64,000 bases of DNA from Tubulanus polymorphus (lineage: Eukaryota; Animalia; Nemertea): positions 2,356,001 to 2,420,000 of the forward strand of contig NC_134031.1 in NCBI RefSeq assembly GCF_964204645.1, read 5' to 3'. Position numbers and translations under genes: made by a program. Positions 1-12,920 of this stretch are shown piece by piece. Position 1 is the first letter of the stretch, and each line of letters starts with the position of its first letter. Under the pieces are notes generated by a model that worked only from the letters and a program-made list of their open reading frames with translations, was not told the origin of the DNA and did no database searches.

Positions 1-67
1 TCCACGTCATCGCTGTGGCACCCACTAACATCGAATTAAACGGCGTCTTGAGTTGCGAAACGATTAA

Positions 68-390
68 GCCAGGGTCAAACGGGCCCGAACTAGACCCGTG
101 TCAGATTTGGCTCGCATGCTTAATAAGGAGAGCGCGTTCATACGTAAATCACTCACTCGTTACTAAAATGCTATAAAGACGATACTGTGGCAAGTGAGGT
201 GCACTAACTCCAGAACCAGTAAAAATTTATACTCAATGATTTTCCCGGTGCTAGAATGTGGTATGGGCCTGATCCGCCATTTTTTGGTCGAGCTATATTT
301 GGCCCACACCAAGCAGGCACGGTCCCATTTGGCCCGGGGTGAATGAACCCATTCGGGACCAGTGACCCGATCATGGCACGAACCAAATTA
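68..390. repeat. Dispersed repeat, inverted homologue of 48335-48500, interrupted at about 115-260
   Basis: CCAAGCAGGCACGGTCCCATTTGGCCCGGGGTGAA (309-343) matches the reverse complement of TTCACACGGGTGCCAAATTGGCCCGTGCCTGTTTGG (48363-48398). Confidence 0.55.
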
Positions 391-1087
391 TATCTAGGTC
401 CAAAAGCTCGTAGCTTTGCATGTCGTCAAAAAGGTCAATACAGAAAGTGGCACACCCAAATCATGGGTGCTGGGGAGGGAGCAGTCGTTATTTCGGATCT
501 CAGGCATTGACCTCGAGCATCGATAACGCAATCAAACGAGACCCGGAGATTTCTATAACGCGGGACGCCGTTTTCTACCCGCCGATTATCGAGCGTCTTG
601 TGCCCTATACAATCCAGAGAGCGGAACCTTCGATATTTAGTGAACATATCTGTTAATGAATCGATAGAATATTGCCAAATGACGGACTGGGAATTTTGTC
701 AGGTGTTCAGTTTGCCGTTGGCGCATGACCCGACCGGCTCTAAACCGACGAGGAATAAATACACCGCCCCGTAGCAAACAGTGGTGCATTTGAAGCCCGA
801 TCAAAGCGATCAAAGAGCATCATTTACCGTAAAATCCTACGATAACGGATATAAAAAAGCGTTTTGCTTATGGAGATAAATGATTGATATTCACGGTTTT
901 TGTTTGCTCGTTATTTTGATGCGGCGGTTTTTCGGAAGGCTCTCTCCGTATCGAGAGTATGAAAGCGTAGCCGCCTAATAACTGCTCGATATACCAACAA
1001 AAACCGATGGCGTAACGCGATGTCTATCGATACGAAAATGCCACGAGCTAAATCGTTATCGCTACATGTTTATTGAAGTGTAAAATG

Positions 1088-1470
1088 AAGAATTGAATTC
1101 GTCCGAGAAATTGAATAGCTGGACAGGCGTCTATGGCTCGGCCTATCGTCGTAGAGTTTATAGGGGGTTTGTGAAAAGATTTGCAAAATACAGTCGTAAC
1201 TTTCGTCGTAACTTTCAGGATGAGGGAGTTTTGAAAAGGTTTCTTCAATTCCAGTAAAACTCGATTCATTTTGAGTGCAAAAATAGAATTGAATTTGTCA
1301 AGAAGATAGGACAGCTGGACAGGCTTCCCTCGATTATACTAGATGGTTAGGCCTATCATCGTAGATATTTATTCAAATTTGGGGTTTGCAAAAATATTTT
1401 CCAGTTTATAATAATTTCCACTTCGGGAGGATGGAGGATAAGAAGGTCGTTTCCACTTCGATTCCAGTCC
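1088..1470. repeat. Diverged ~200-bp tandem duplication
   Basis: AGCTGGACAGGC, GGCCTATC.TCGTAGA, TTTGCAAAA and ATTCCAGT each occur twice in the same order. Confidence 0.6.
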
Positions 1471-2194
1471 CAAGATCCTCGCCTACGAGCGGCGGTTTAA
1501 GTCAACATCGGGCTTCTGCCTATAAGCCGGAATATGATAAGAGGACGTGGGTTCGGCTTAATCGCTCTTAAACAACCTCTTACTGCCTGTGTCCGCCTTT
1601 TTAAAATGTTTCCGTATCAAAGGTTTAAATCAAGAAAAATTAAAAGGGATAGGTCTAGATGATGATCAACGGCATACTTTTTAGACATTACAGCGAGTGA
1701 GCGATTTATCGATAAAATCGATGACGCATTTCAAAATATAACGGTTAAGTGGTCATCCGAATTTTGTATCATATGAATGTATTTTTTTCACTTTACTCAT
1801 CATCGGCGCAAATTGGAACAACGATGCATTATACATATATAGATATTGTATATACCGATGACATTTTACTGCATCAGCTAATTAGAATATAAAACGACGG
1901 GTAATGTACGCGAGCGTGTCAAACAAAGACCATTAAATCGCGAAACGAAAATTCGACCCGACGAACCTATTTAAGTTGATGAATATGGATGTTTTATCAG
2001 ATAACGCCACAAACATGTACGAAACAGAGTGGATAATTTGCTAACACTGATTACATACTTTGTCTTCGCAAACGATCGTGGCATCTTCTGTACAGGGAAA
2101 GGCTTCTGCTTTTTAAAATAGACCTCATGCGTTGTTGTATGGACCTGCAGCGGCCTTTAAAGAGGGTTTTGCATCGGAGCGGGGCATAACAATA

Positions 2195-2335
2195 TTTACG
2201 CCGCGACAACAGGGCCGTCAGCTAGCGCCCTCTTAGCCAGCGGGCGCTGCTGTTTGTAACCGCGTCTATCATTGGCTACACTTTTCTGCCAATCACAGAT
2301 AACTTCCGGGTCATTGTTGGTAGTCTCGGCGTAAA
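2195..2335. mobile_element. MITE with TTTACGCC termini (copy 1)
   Basis: TIRs TTTACGCCGCGACAAC / GTAGTCTCGGCGTAAA. About 115 bp align with 7554-7670. Confidence 0.65.
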
Positions 2336-2456
2336 AACTTGTAGAAATGCATTCACCAAGAATCTTAGTGCCTGATGTTACCACAAGGTACTGGGATCGT
2401 TGAGCGATGGAGGTCGCTGTGGATACAACCATTCCCAGGACTGGGTGAAAAAATGC

Positions 2457-2625
2457 CATGATCCAGTTACACAATCCTGAGTTTAGATTTGATTCGTTAA
2501 CTATTTGAAAATGAAGTAATTTTATCTCAGCGTCAAATAAATAGTTAACCTTTATAGTACTCGTCTCGTTATTTAAGTTTATATAAGTTAACTCTATAAC
2601 TCATAACAGTGGAACCGGGTTCATG
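2457..2625. mobile_element. Representative of a dispersed short palindromic family (end consensus about C[AT]GGA[CT]CCAGTTCCACAGTT.TGAGTTA)
   Basis: Imperfect TIRs CATGATCCAGTTACACAA / CAGTGGAACCGGGTTCATG. Related decayed copies lie near 15604-15663, 19152-19240, 23817-23893, 27162-27247 and 36853-36942. Confidence 0.55.
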
Positions 2626-5556
2626 TCATTTTTGAATATGATAGAGAAATAAATGGATTCGGTTTCCAATTTCATTTCAAAATGTTTCTTTTATGTATAA
2701 TAGATGTATATATCATTTCGTAATGCCGAGTTCGGTCGTTATGTATATAATATTCACTGACAGCAATTCACCGCGAAATTTATTGCATCTTTTTACGACC
2801 GAAACCATTATTCGCTCAATTCGAGAAAACAACGTTTACGAGTATTTCGATACTCATAAAAACGCGATGATATTATCCAGGAATGAAAGCATTAAAGCGA
2901 TGCGCTCCACGTCAACTCTAAATCGCGCGACACGCAGATAATAAAAACGACTGAAACCGAAAATAAGATGACTAGCTCGCGTGTAAAGTTTTCAATATCG
3001 GGACTCGAACCGCGTGGAATTTTGATTCGACTCCCGAAACTGAAATTGGAAATAATTAAACCTCAATGGAATCATAAGCAGTTATCTACGCTTCAGATAT
3101 CATCGTATCGCGTACTTATCTTTCACGCTAGGCGAACAACTTTGATTTCAATCGCTGAGACCGGGTTATTAGATAGTTCGACACGAGCATGCATGAAATA
3201 TCCATCGTTCCAGTTCTAGCCAGAGGCGCGAGCGTTTTGATTTGAAACGCTCTTCAAAGATTATCGCCCCGTGGTGGATGCCTCTTTCGTTTTGATAGTA
3301 AATTAACACGTAGTAACACTAAACGCTACTTGTAGTGTGTACGAGTTTTCAGGAGTTTGGAACGACATCGAAATTGGACGCTTTAAGTAGAATTCGTATT
3401 TTTTCCAGACTGTTGAACGCGTTAATGCCTCCTGGGCTACCCATACTTCAGTATCTGATTAAGATGATCTTTTATTTCGAGGAAAAATCGGTATTGCGCG
3501 AACGCATGCGAAGCGCTCTCCAATCTTTTCCAATTTGCTTCACGCTTTCGAGACGTTTTCAATTTGTTTTTAATGCGATCCCGGTCAAAGAGGAATTTAT
3601 CTCGGGGTTCAAACAATCTGCTAGGCGTCGGCGTTTTGAACGTTAATTAAAATTGCGCGTTCGGCCGTACGTAATTTCCTGGATATTTTAATTGCAGTTT
3701 GTCTAATCAAGTCTGATCGAACGGAACGTTCGGGGATTCGCATCAAAACCATCGGGCGTAACGTCAACTTTATAGATATGTGGCAAGCGAGGGTCTACCG
3801 GAGGTGACCTATTTTGGCGTTTTCAACGAGAACTCGAAACGCGAAATGACGTTATAAGAAAATGAATTTCGATCTATTTCAAAAGAAAGTAAATATGAGA
3901 GATAAGTGGTTTTTTTCTTGTAGAAATCCTTAGGACTCACGATCAAAGGGATTTAACTATACGCAGATTCTATACGTATTTACAACGACGTAGAAAAATA
4001 CATAAAAGAAAGTTATATACACAATTCGTTGCCGTGTTGTGACGCATGCGAGCGTCTTTTTTCGGAAACTTTGACTCCTTTCGTTCTCGAACGGTATAAG
4101 ATCCCGCGCGCAACAGATCAAACGAACGGATTTTCGACGGATTGATATAGGATTCGCTCCCCGTCGTCGTCGCCGAGTAAAACGAGAAAAAAATACCGAT
4201 CCGATATCAACATGAAAGAGCGTTTTAGTGAGGAGGATAGCGGCGACAAGACGTGAACGAAAAGGGAACGACAAATTGATGTTAAAGCCTCGTTACTATA
4301 TACGATGTTTAAGAGGAGAGGCGAATTTCTAAGTGATGTCAAATATGAGAACAAACTCCGATCCTTTTTAAGTCAAAAAATCATAAAAACATCCCCGGAA
4401 AGTATTTAGTACACCGACCACCGATAAATTAATAAATTTAATGGGCAAAACAAATTACGTTCGAAACATTTCTAGATTTGTATAAGTTATGGAAAAACGA
4501 TGATTACTAATGTTGTGCACACAGTTCCTGATTGTTTTGACTGCAAAATGTTGCTTCCATCTTTAAAGATGTGTCAACATGTATGTTATTAGTTTAAGTA
4601 GGGTTGGAAAGATTTGTGGCCAAAAATTAACGAAACTTGTTTGAGTTCTTGTGGACTTGCTTCTTCTTATGCCGGAGACTAGATAAACAAGGCCCTGGTG
4701 TCTGCCAGTAGAAGCTATGCTTATTTTGTTCAACCCACCAAAAGTAACGATTCGTGGTTAGTAAATATTCATCTCGACCAGAACGAAATGAACCCACTTT
4801 GATGATGACTGTATACATATATGGATGTGCGTTCATACATATAACGCATGATTACGTGATGTTTTTCCCAAACTACTATCAAGGCCCGATACACGGGTTC
4901 GATTGACGACCGCGCGCGAGGTTGTGTCCGTGTTTTGAACGCCGGAGACAAATCACCTCAATGACGTATACAGCGTCACCTGCGAAAGAGCATTTGATTT
5001 ATTACCTCGGCGACTGGAGAGGAAATGGCGTTAGTGCCGTCGGGGCTTAGTTGAAGAGGTGCGTCTTAACCATAATAGACGCCGCGAGAAGATTACAGTG
5101 AACGAGAATAAAACTTCAACAAATCACAGCAGTGCGGCCAACATTTGATTTATTTGCACGGCACGATAATGGTGGTCGCAAAGGGTATTTTGCTTGTAAC
5201 TGCGACGTACTGTAATGAATAGTTTCGGGGCGACAGCTCGCTAAGTGAGCGAACTGTCTGATCGTTCGAGTGCCTATAATTAGCGGGTCGCTCTCACGAG
5301 GCTGGCTCCGAACGAGTCTTTGTCACCCAGTCACCCAGTCGCTCGCTCGCTCAGCGGTGATGAATGAATAAACCCTGTAATTTCAATAAAAAACGGAACT
5401 GGTTTCCACGTCGTTACGATAATAATTTAGGTTTTATGAAGGAAACTTTCGTTTTTGTCATCCTCGCTTACCAGGGTTTGTTCGCCTCCAGCAAAGTGCA
5501 CGCTAGTACACATCCGTCTTGATGAGACGAGAAGATACACAATATCCGTGTAACAT

Positions 5557-5701
5557 GATAACGAGAGAAATCCCAAAAAAATGAAGCAAAAACACTTGAA
5601 TAGAAGAGTATTATATATTTGCGCAACGTTTCGGCTAAAGACTATTAGCCATCATCAGGCGTACTTTTGGCTGAATCTATTGTGGGATTTCTCTCGTTAT
5701 C
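5557..5701. mobile_element. Penelope-like element terminus with inverted arms around the hammerhead motif
   Basis: Perfect 19-bp inverted repeat (5557-5575 / 5683-5701) that extends imperfectly inward and encloses the hammerhead motif. Confidence 0.55.
5622..5661 (-). ncRNA. Minimal type-I hammerhead ribozyme motif of Penelope-like-element type
   Basis: The minus strand reads CGC-CTGATGA-T-GGCTAA(TAGTCT)TTAGCC-GAAAC-GTT-GCG. The core boxes are intact, stem II is 6 bp, stem I is 3 bp, and stem III is a loopless palindrome (AACGTT). Confidence 0.72.
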
Positions 5702-5878
5702 TGTCTTGTGAACTCGGGTGAGCACAACCAAACCCTGTGACACTGCATATTCTTACAGTACACCACAAACTGAGTCTGAACTTTTGTTTATTTGTTCGGC
5801 TATCACAATCCCGTGGGTAAAGTGTATAGACAGGTAGACGTATATAAACCCCGGAGATCGTTTGAAATCTACCATTTA

Positions 5879-6100
5879 GCCCAAAAAAAATCGATACCTT
5901 GTTTCTCCGCTCTGCTGAGCTTAAATGTTGACCCGGCCGACCGCCTATCTACCCTATACATTACTTTTTTTCAAAAATCGTGATCAATTTCACCATAACA
6001 GACCCGGCCGCTATAGAAATGAACTGTTTATAAATTTTATCATATTTTACAAAAATGACCCGGCCGCTGCGGAGAAACAAGGTATCATTTTTGTTTAGCC
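5879..6100. mobile_element. Non-autonomous DNA transposon (MITE), Zator-like
   Basis: TIRs of ~32 bp include a perfect 18-bp core GATACCTTGTTTCTCCGC (5893-5910 / 6069-6086). TTA flanks both ends (5876-5878, 6101-6103) and GACCCGGCCG occurs three times inside. GG termini with a TWA TSD are Zator-like; the family name is inferred. Confidence 0.75.
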
Positions 6101-7553
6101 TTAATTCTATGGTTTCTCATTGTTAACTCATACGATGCGGATTTGAAACCGTTCATGTCTAATGAGTCCCAGCTGCCAGTGTTAACCGAGACTGCTGCGG
6201 CAGAAACCGCCCACTTACCGGACTCATCATCAAAAACAAAGACGTGAGTTTGTTCAAATAAAGCGTTATGTAAACAAGATTGAGGTGCCGTAAACGGATA
6301 AGATTATCAATCAAATTTCCTGCAGATATCGAAGATTTTTCCGTGTGAAGGAGTAGCGGCAAGACCGACTATACTACTAGCGAACCTGGCGAATTCTCGC
6401 TTGCCACAGCCAGCTCCTCCGTAGTATCAAAATGAAAAAAAAACCTTTCTGTAAACTTCAGTTCATCTAATGAGCAAAGCTTGAAACTGCACCTCTCGAC
6501 GCGTTGAGTATTTTGTATAGATGTGAAGTACGGTAATTTCGCCGATATATTGTAGCATAAACGTAATGAAAGATTAATAGGGGTCTGCAGTATATACACT
6601 GATAGAGAAACAAGTATAGATGTCAAAGCGTGAAAACCGATATCGAATGGCCACAGCCTGAAATTCGCTATATTCGAAAAAATGTTACGGTTAATTTGGT
6701 CTGTATCTAGTTTTATTGTCGGCCAATCTGCATATTGGTAAATCGATACAGCACCTCGCCTTACTTGGAAATACCCAAATCCGGGCTTTTGACTATAACT
6801 TGGATAAAAACGAACTCATTCTTTGATTGCCTATCTTATCTTTTCAATTCCTAACTCGGACCGACTCAACCAAGGTCACCAATTGCCGACTTCCGTCCAT
6901 ACGAAAGGTCATTAGCATAAAACAACGGCGTGACAGACAACGGGAAGCGGGGGACTTTCAATCTACATTAACGCACCGATTAGACAGCAAAGTAATTAGA
7001 CAGCGAACGGTACAGTGCAAAAAGAGGAAGCGTTTGAAGGCTGCAGAGAGAGACAGAGAGAGAGATAGATCACTTTCTCGTTGTTGTTAAGAACACATTT
7101 TCCCAGTGCGAATATCATACAAAGCAATTGGATATTTACGTACCATATTATATTCGCTGTAATTATATATATATATACATCAGATTGACACTCGGCCAAG
7201 TCACACTCGAATTGAGGAGCAATGCACTTGAAGATATCGGATGATGAATTCATCTATCTGCACACGAACCTCGTTGTCTTCGTAGGGGTATACGATCAGT
7301 AAGACATATGTCGCCACAGACCACGACGTGATTCTATAGATATCGATGATATATATAATACGCTTTACAAAGTATAATGAAGTTCAGATGTTACTCGAGC
7401 TATAGTTCGAAAACAGCGGTAATCGAAATCAAGCTGTGAGGAATGACAACATCGGAAAATATATTCCTTACAATACACTGCAACAGATTGTCACTAATAA
7501 TTCCTCTATAAATAGTCAACAACCTTACCGTCCTTTATATAGGTATAACAGTA

Positions 7554-7762
7554 TTTAGGCCACGACAACCGGGCCGCCAGCTAGCGACCTGCTTCCCAGT
7601 GGGCGCTGCTGCGGGTAACCACGTCTGTGATTGGTGTAACTGCTCTACCAATCAATGACAGCATCCGGTTTATTCTTTTCGTTACATATTTTCTAGGTTA
7701 GCTTCGAGTCATGGGCGTCCGGCCTAAATCCATCGATTCCGTTGTTCGGCTCGTGGCGTAAA
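7554..7762. mobile_element. MITE with TTTA(C/G)GCC termini (copy 2)
   Basis: Ends are TTTAGGCCACGA ... TCGTGGCGTAAA. The interior GGGCCG.CAGCTAGCG.CC...GGGCGCTGCTG...TAACC.CGTCT...ATTGG...CCAATCA is shared with 2195-2335. Confidence 0.65.
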
Positions 7763-9276
7763 TGAAGTCAAAAACCACCAACTGCCAGTGGCGAATATTA
7801 TACTTTATTATACAATTTCCGTACGTGAAACTGTTTAGGAAGTAAATTGTTGAGTAATGCTGTATCCGATCTGGTGGACAAGGTATAATATAACACTAGA
7901 CTTTCAGACTGCCATATCATTTTCGAAAGCTTCTGGGACACACCCAATGTACTTCCTCTCTTACTCTGCCAGCATGCACCGGCAATCAAACCCACGCAAT
8001 TTTGTCACGCTTTCGTCATCAAGCCACTGCAACCTCCAATTTGTAACTTACGATAACGTTGCGTTAGGAACCCACGTTTGAAATTCAAATTAGAATCTTT
8101 GAATAAAGGAACGAAGATAATGCAATCAAAACGCGAAATTCATGAATTTGAAACCTTCTCGTAATCAGATCTGTTATCTGTTTGTAAAGCATGCGCGCTA
8201 TAAATGACTGCTCTTTTATGTAGTTGTATACTATTAAGGTTTATATTACAAATTATGGATTTCGGTTTTTAAAATCCCTCGAGGGCAACGTAAAAAAAAA
8301 CTTAATTCAACCATATGAAATACGTATCTATTTATGGTCGTTAGTGCATCGCCAACGTGGAAATCGTAGTTTCATTATTTATTCCTTTTACTTGGCTCGA
8401 GGCAAAAATTGCATTTAAAATCTAACTTCACGTTAGTTCTATCCGCGTATTCAGTAATTACGTCGGTATCGAAATGGCTTCATCGCTGAAATCTTGGTCT
8501 TAACCCTTTTTACAATAAGGGCTCGCTAAACGCGCGCTCGACTCAATGTTTATTGACGTCGCCAATATTTGAAATGCATTGCGTCTTAACCGTTGATTTC
8601 ACTTCCGAATATGAAACGTCGTCGCCGGTTTAGTAAACGCGGAGTTGGATACGCGGTGATCGAGAGAGAGAGGGAGAGATGCCGCCAGACGGGTTCAATC
8701 AAAAGTCCAAACACTACTTAAAACTAATCTTCGATCGGATCAGGACTCGGATTTTATCCGTCATCTCAGACACGAGTCAATAGTTGTAAATTAAGTTGAG
8801 ACTAGTATTCGCAGGCTTGATGAATATCATTAAGAGAAACGTAAACAAAAACAACGATTACAGCTGTTTGAGTTGATATTGGTCACTAAATAGAAGGGGT
8901 ACCGGCAATATTACTGTAGCAAGCGAAATTACACTAGAATCCATTAGATCGAAGTTCATAGAAAACGAAATATATTTGATCTCGAGTGGCACCGTACCAT
9001 GGCGGGATTGCACATCTGCCCGTACCCCGTTCATATTCGCTCGATAGTGTAAAGACTAAGAACCACTCAAGAAATCCCAAACAATCCCTTATTCGAACCC
9101 GATGGTATCAAAAGACTCCATACCTTTACCATCGGATGCACATCCTCGCTTGCCAGGGAATACCAACACCAAAGCCAACTCGACGCATTAAATGAAATCT
9201 ATTATGACCATTATAGCTCGTTTCATTCAAGTTTAATCTCAAAATGCAATAAAATTCATTTGAAATATAACTGCGA

Positions 9277-9385
<109 letters not shown>

Positions 9386-12300
9386 GCGGCTAAACGTTTT
9401 AATTAAAAGGAAAAGCCTCTAAAATGTTACCAGCATTCTACCGAGACTAATCGATTTGGAACAATCCCGATACATAACGAAATGTGTCGAAAATGATAAA
9501 AACCAACAATTTCAACGCCATCGATGCGGAACGTATGGAATTAGTCCCTAAAGAAAAATAAAAAGGTTGTTTATCATTTTAATCTACGAAATTAAAAATA
9601 TTTGTGTCGGCTTTGTGATCGTGCAAAATGTTCCGACTAGTTAATTGTCATTAATGTTATTCGAATGAAAAAAGTCGCAACATTGGGAATTACAATTTAC
9701 CATTGGGTATTTAAACATTCGTATAAACATCCTTTGGACAACCTGGCCCCAAAGGTTTATCGAGATGTGTTTGATGATGGTTTGTGCTTTTGAATATTGT
9801 GCGTGTTAGCGTGTTTGAATACCGTGACATTTACGTCGGTTGGCATTAAACAAGGGCGAGTAATGGCTCCATCGTTCTATGCAGTACCCATGCCAGACGG
9901 AACACAGATATTGTGTAATTGTCGTCAAACAGAAGCCGTTGTTTGTATTAGAAATGAACAGTATTTCATAGAGCGCTCTGCGGCCACGCGACGCCGATGC
10001 GTCTAGAAGCCGGCTTCAAGTTGTTGATTCTACCCGACGTGAAATTTACTCTGGTGAATAAAAAGCGACGACACACGGGGTAAGAGGAATATGAAAAAAA
10101 TATCTATCGACACGCGAGACATTGAAACACACGACATTGAAGTCTGCGCGAATTGGTACTAGACCGTATCAACGAATGAATGATTCGGTATATCATTGAA
10201 AATTGAATAATTTGATATTCGAAAATGAGAATGTGTAAACACTCTTAAGAACACTCGAGCTGCAATAGCTACTCAAATAAGTCACACGCACATCGAAAAA
10301 CTGGAAGTTTATTGACATAAAGGAATACTCCTGTTTGATTAAGATTCTTGCCTTTAAAGAGCTTTTAGATTCGGTATATAGACCGTCATCTTAGGGCGTA
10401 TGACGCATATTCTATATTATACATTTCCTGTAATATGTATATTATGAAAGGGCGTGCCCAGGGCGTGTGTGTCTCTCGTTAATCTTACACTGGTATTATT
10501 ATGAAATATGAAATACACGTAGATCTGATATAAAACAAACATATCTCGTAATCCCGCATATAACAAAGTAATAGACCTTCAAACACGTTTATCATACTGA
10601 ATCAAGCATCGTATATCACCGTTCTCCCTTAACTTAATCAAAACTAACACTAACGCGCATACGTGGAATTTTCAAGCGATTCTTTCGGTCAAAAGTGTTT
10701 GTCTATCACATCACGATATGCCCGAGCGCCGTGGCGCTGTCTCATAACGGTTTGTAGTTAATAGATACCCGCGCTTTTAGATCATACAGTGTTATCATCA
10801 TTTATCTTTGGACAAAGAAGCCGCTTATGGCAGTTACGTGCAAGCGAATTTCTCGATGATACGAGGCGCGTATCAAAATATTCATATATTGTAGTGGGAA
10901 TCTCATTTCGGTAATCCGCTTTTTCCATTATGTGCGTACCTACATTAATGATAGCGCGCTAACAATAGCTCCGAACTAAGCCGTCTATCTGATTTATCGT
11001 CAAATAGAAAAGCGCGCGCATCGAAAAGCTTCGAAAGTGAGAATATCATGTGTGAAACGGCGTCCAGGGAAGATGCGGGAAGATGCATTTTCATGCTGTT
11101 GCTGCATCACTTATCGTTATAATCGCTGTATGAATAACGCGCTTAATTGGCAGTGCCAAAAGAAGACGGATAAAGCTGATGAAAGCGTGGCAAGATATCC
11201 CCGAGGATCCATCTTCCTTTTAACGGCCCTAATCCTAACTTTTCGTCGTCACATTTTGTAACATTGCCTCCACGCTCGAGAATATTTGGAAGTCTCCTGG
11301 CCTTGACCAACAACGCCACCTGACGGGTTTAAGAGTAATCTCTTAAAACTTACCTTATTCATTATCTTAATATCTCAAAGTTTTGACGATCTTAATGCTT
11401 TTATATTTGTTTAAAGCGCCTTGGTTCACTTAATTATTTTATTATTGAATTAATTTTACATTTCAAAATTATCTTCCATGATAGAAAAACTCGGGTTTCG
11501 TACGAATTTCTTTACAACATAGAGTAATAATGAAATTACAGTAGACCCAGCAGATAAGTCAAAAAGAGCGAATAATCATCATTATTAAGTAACTGATGAT
11601 GATTGATGCGACCGTCCGGCCTTTTTCTGCAAAACGGAGAAAATAGATTCAGAAACCGACAGTACAGAGAATAACAGCCCGGAGATTATCCCAATGACAG
11701 CAGTAAATTATACAGGCATTGAAGGAAAAAGATTATGATTGATTTGTCCGTCGTTTTTAAGCTTTTTTACAGAAAACGGTCGAAACGCGACCGCGGTCAA
11801 TAACAATGCGGGATGTAATGTATATAAATTGACACTAAAACGTCGATAAACGCGATGCGAAAATAAACGCGTGGAAATAGCTTTACTTCACCGAGGTGTC
11901 AATGATCACTTTGTTCGATTCATTCGTCGAAATCAATCAACTTCGCGTTTTTCGAGACGCGCGAAGAGAAAATCAATAGGCGAATTTGTTTTTCCGTCTC
12001 CATAAAAATCAAACTTGTATTAAACACGACGTCGAATTCGAGTCGGAATTCGTGTCTAATTTTAGAAAGGTTGTTTAGACGGCGGCGAGTTGGCTGCGGC
12101 GGCGCGAACACGGCGACAGACAGTGTGTAGTCATTACACAATCACACCAACCGTATAATGATACGAACTGCAATCTGAAAAGTGTCATTTGCTAAACGAA
12201 TACCTTTAACCTTTAAATCGCCACCGATTCAATCATTATTAAAAGCCGTGATTACGGATCGAATCAATTTTTAGGTGAGGCGCTAATATTCATATATGTA

Positions 12301-12739
12301 TAAAGTTACAATAGATTTTCCGGGATGGAAAAGTGGATGAACAAACACTTCATAATTCTCTGGAGATGAATAACTTCGAAGCTTCTTCCTCGGGGGCTGA
12401 AGCTTTTCCTCCACTCGCGCAAACGGGAGTGGTAGCGTCAGAAGATGAAATCATTAATAGCCAATCAAAAATCGTCTTTCAATAAATTGTTAGGTCGATA
12501 TTTTTTGTAGATAAGGTTCTGCAACGAGCACGTTTTTTTGTGAGATGACGCGGGTTTATACTGTTATGGCCCCGATGTCAGCAGATTCGAATCCCTGCGC
12601 CGGAGAATGAGTCTACTAGTAAAGGCCATGAAGATCAGAGTCGTCGTAGAAAACGCTGCATTTATAGAGTTAATCGTGTTATCTTTGATGAAATAGAGAC
12701 AAGTTCGAATCATCGTGCATTTTGCTGGACAAGCCCATG

Positions 12740-12920
12740 TTAAGCCCAGCCAGCGAAACACGGAAACATGAGATTGAAACATGTTTCCGGGCGTTTCCCT
12801 GTGTCGTGTGCGTGTTACGAGAAACGAGAAACACGGTTTTGATAGAAATTGTTTCCAAGATCAAACATGTTTGATTCCGTGTTTCTGTGTTTCCCTGTGC
12901 CGTGTGCGTTGGGTTTCAAC
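12740..12920. mobile_element. Decayed MITE rich in GAAACA/TGTTTC motifs (PIF/Harbinger-like)
   Basis: Imperfect inverted arms (GAAACACGGAA.CA versus TTCCGTGTTTC) and a duplicated GTTTCCCTGTG.CGTGTGCGT. Confidence 0.45.
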
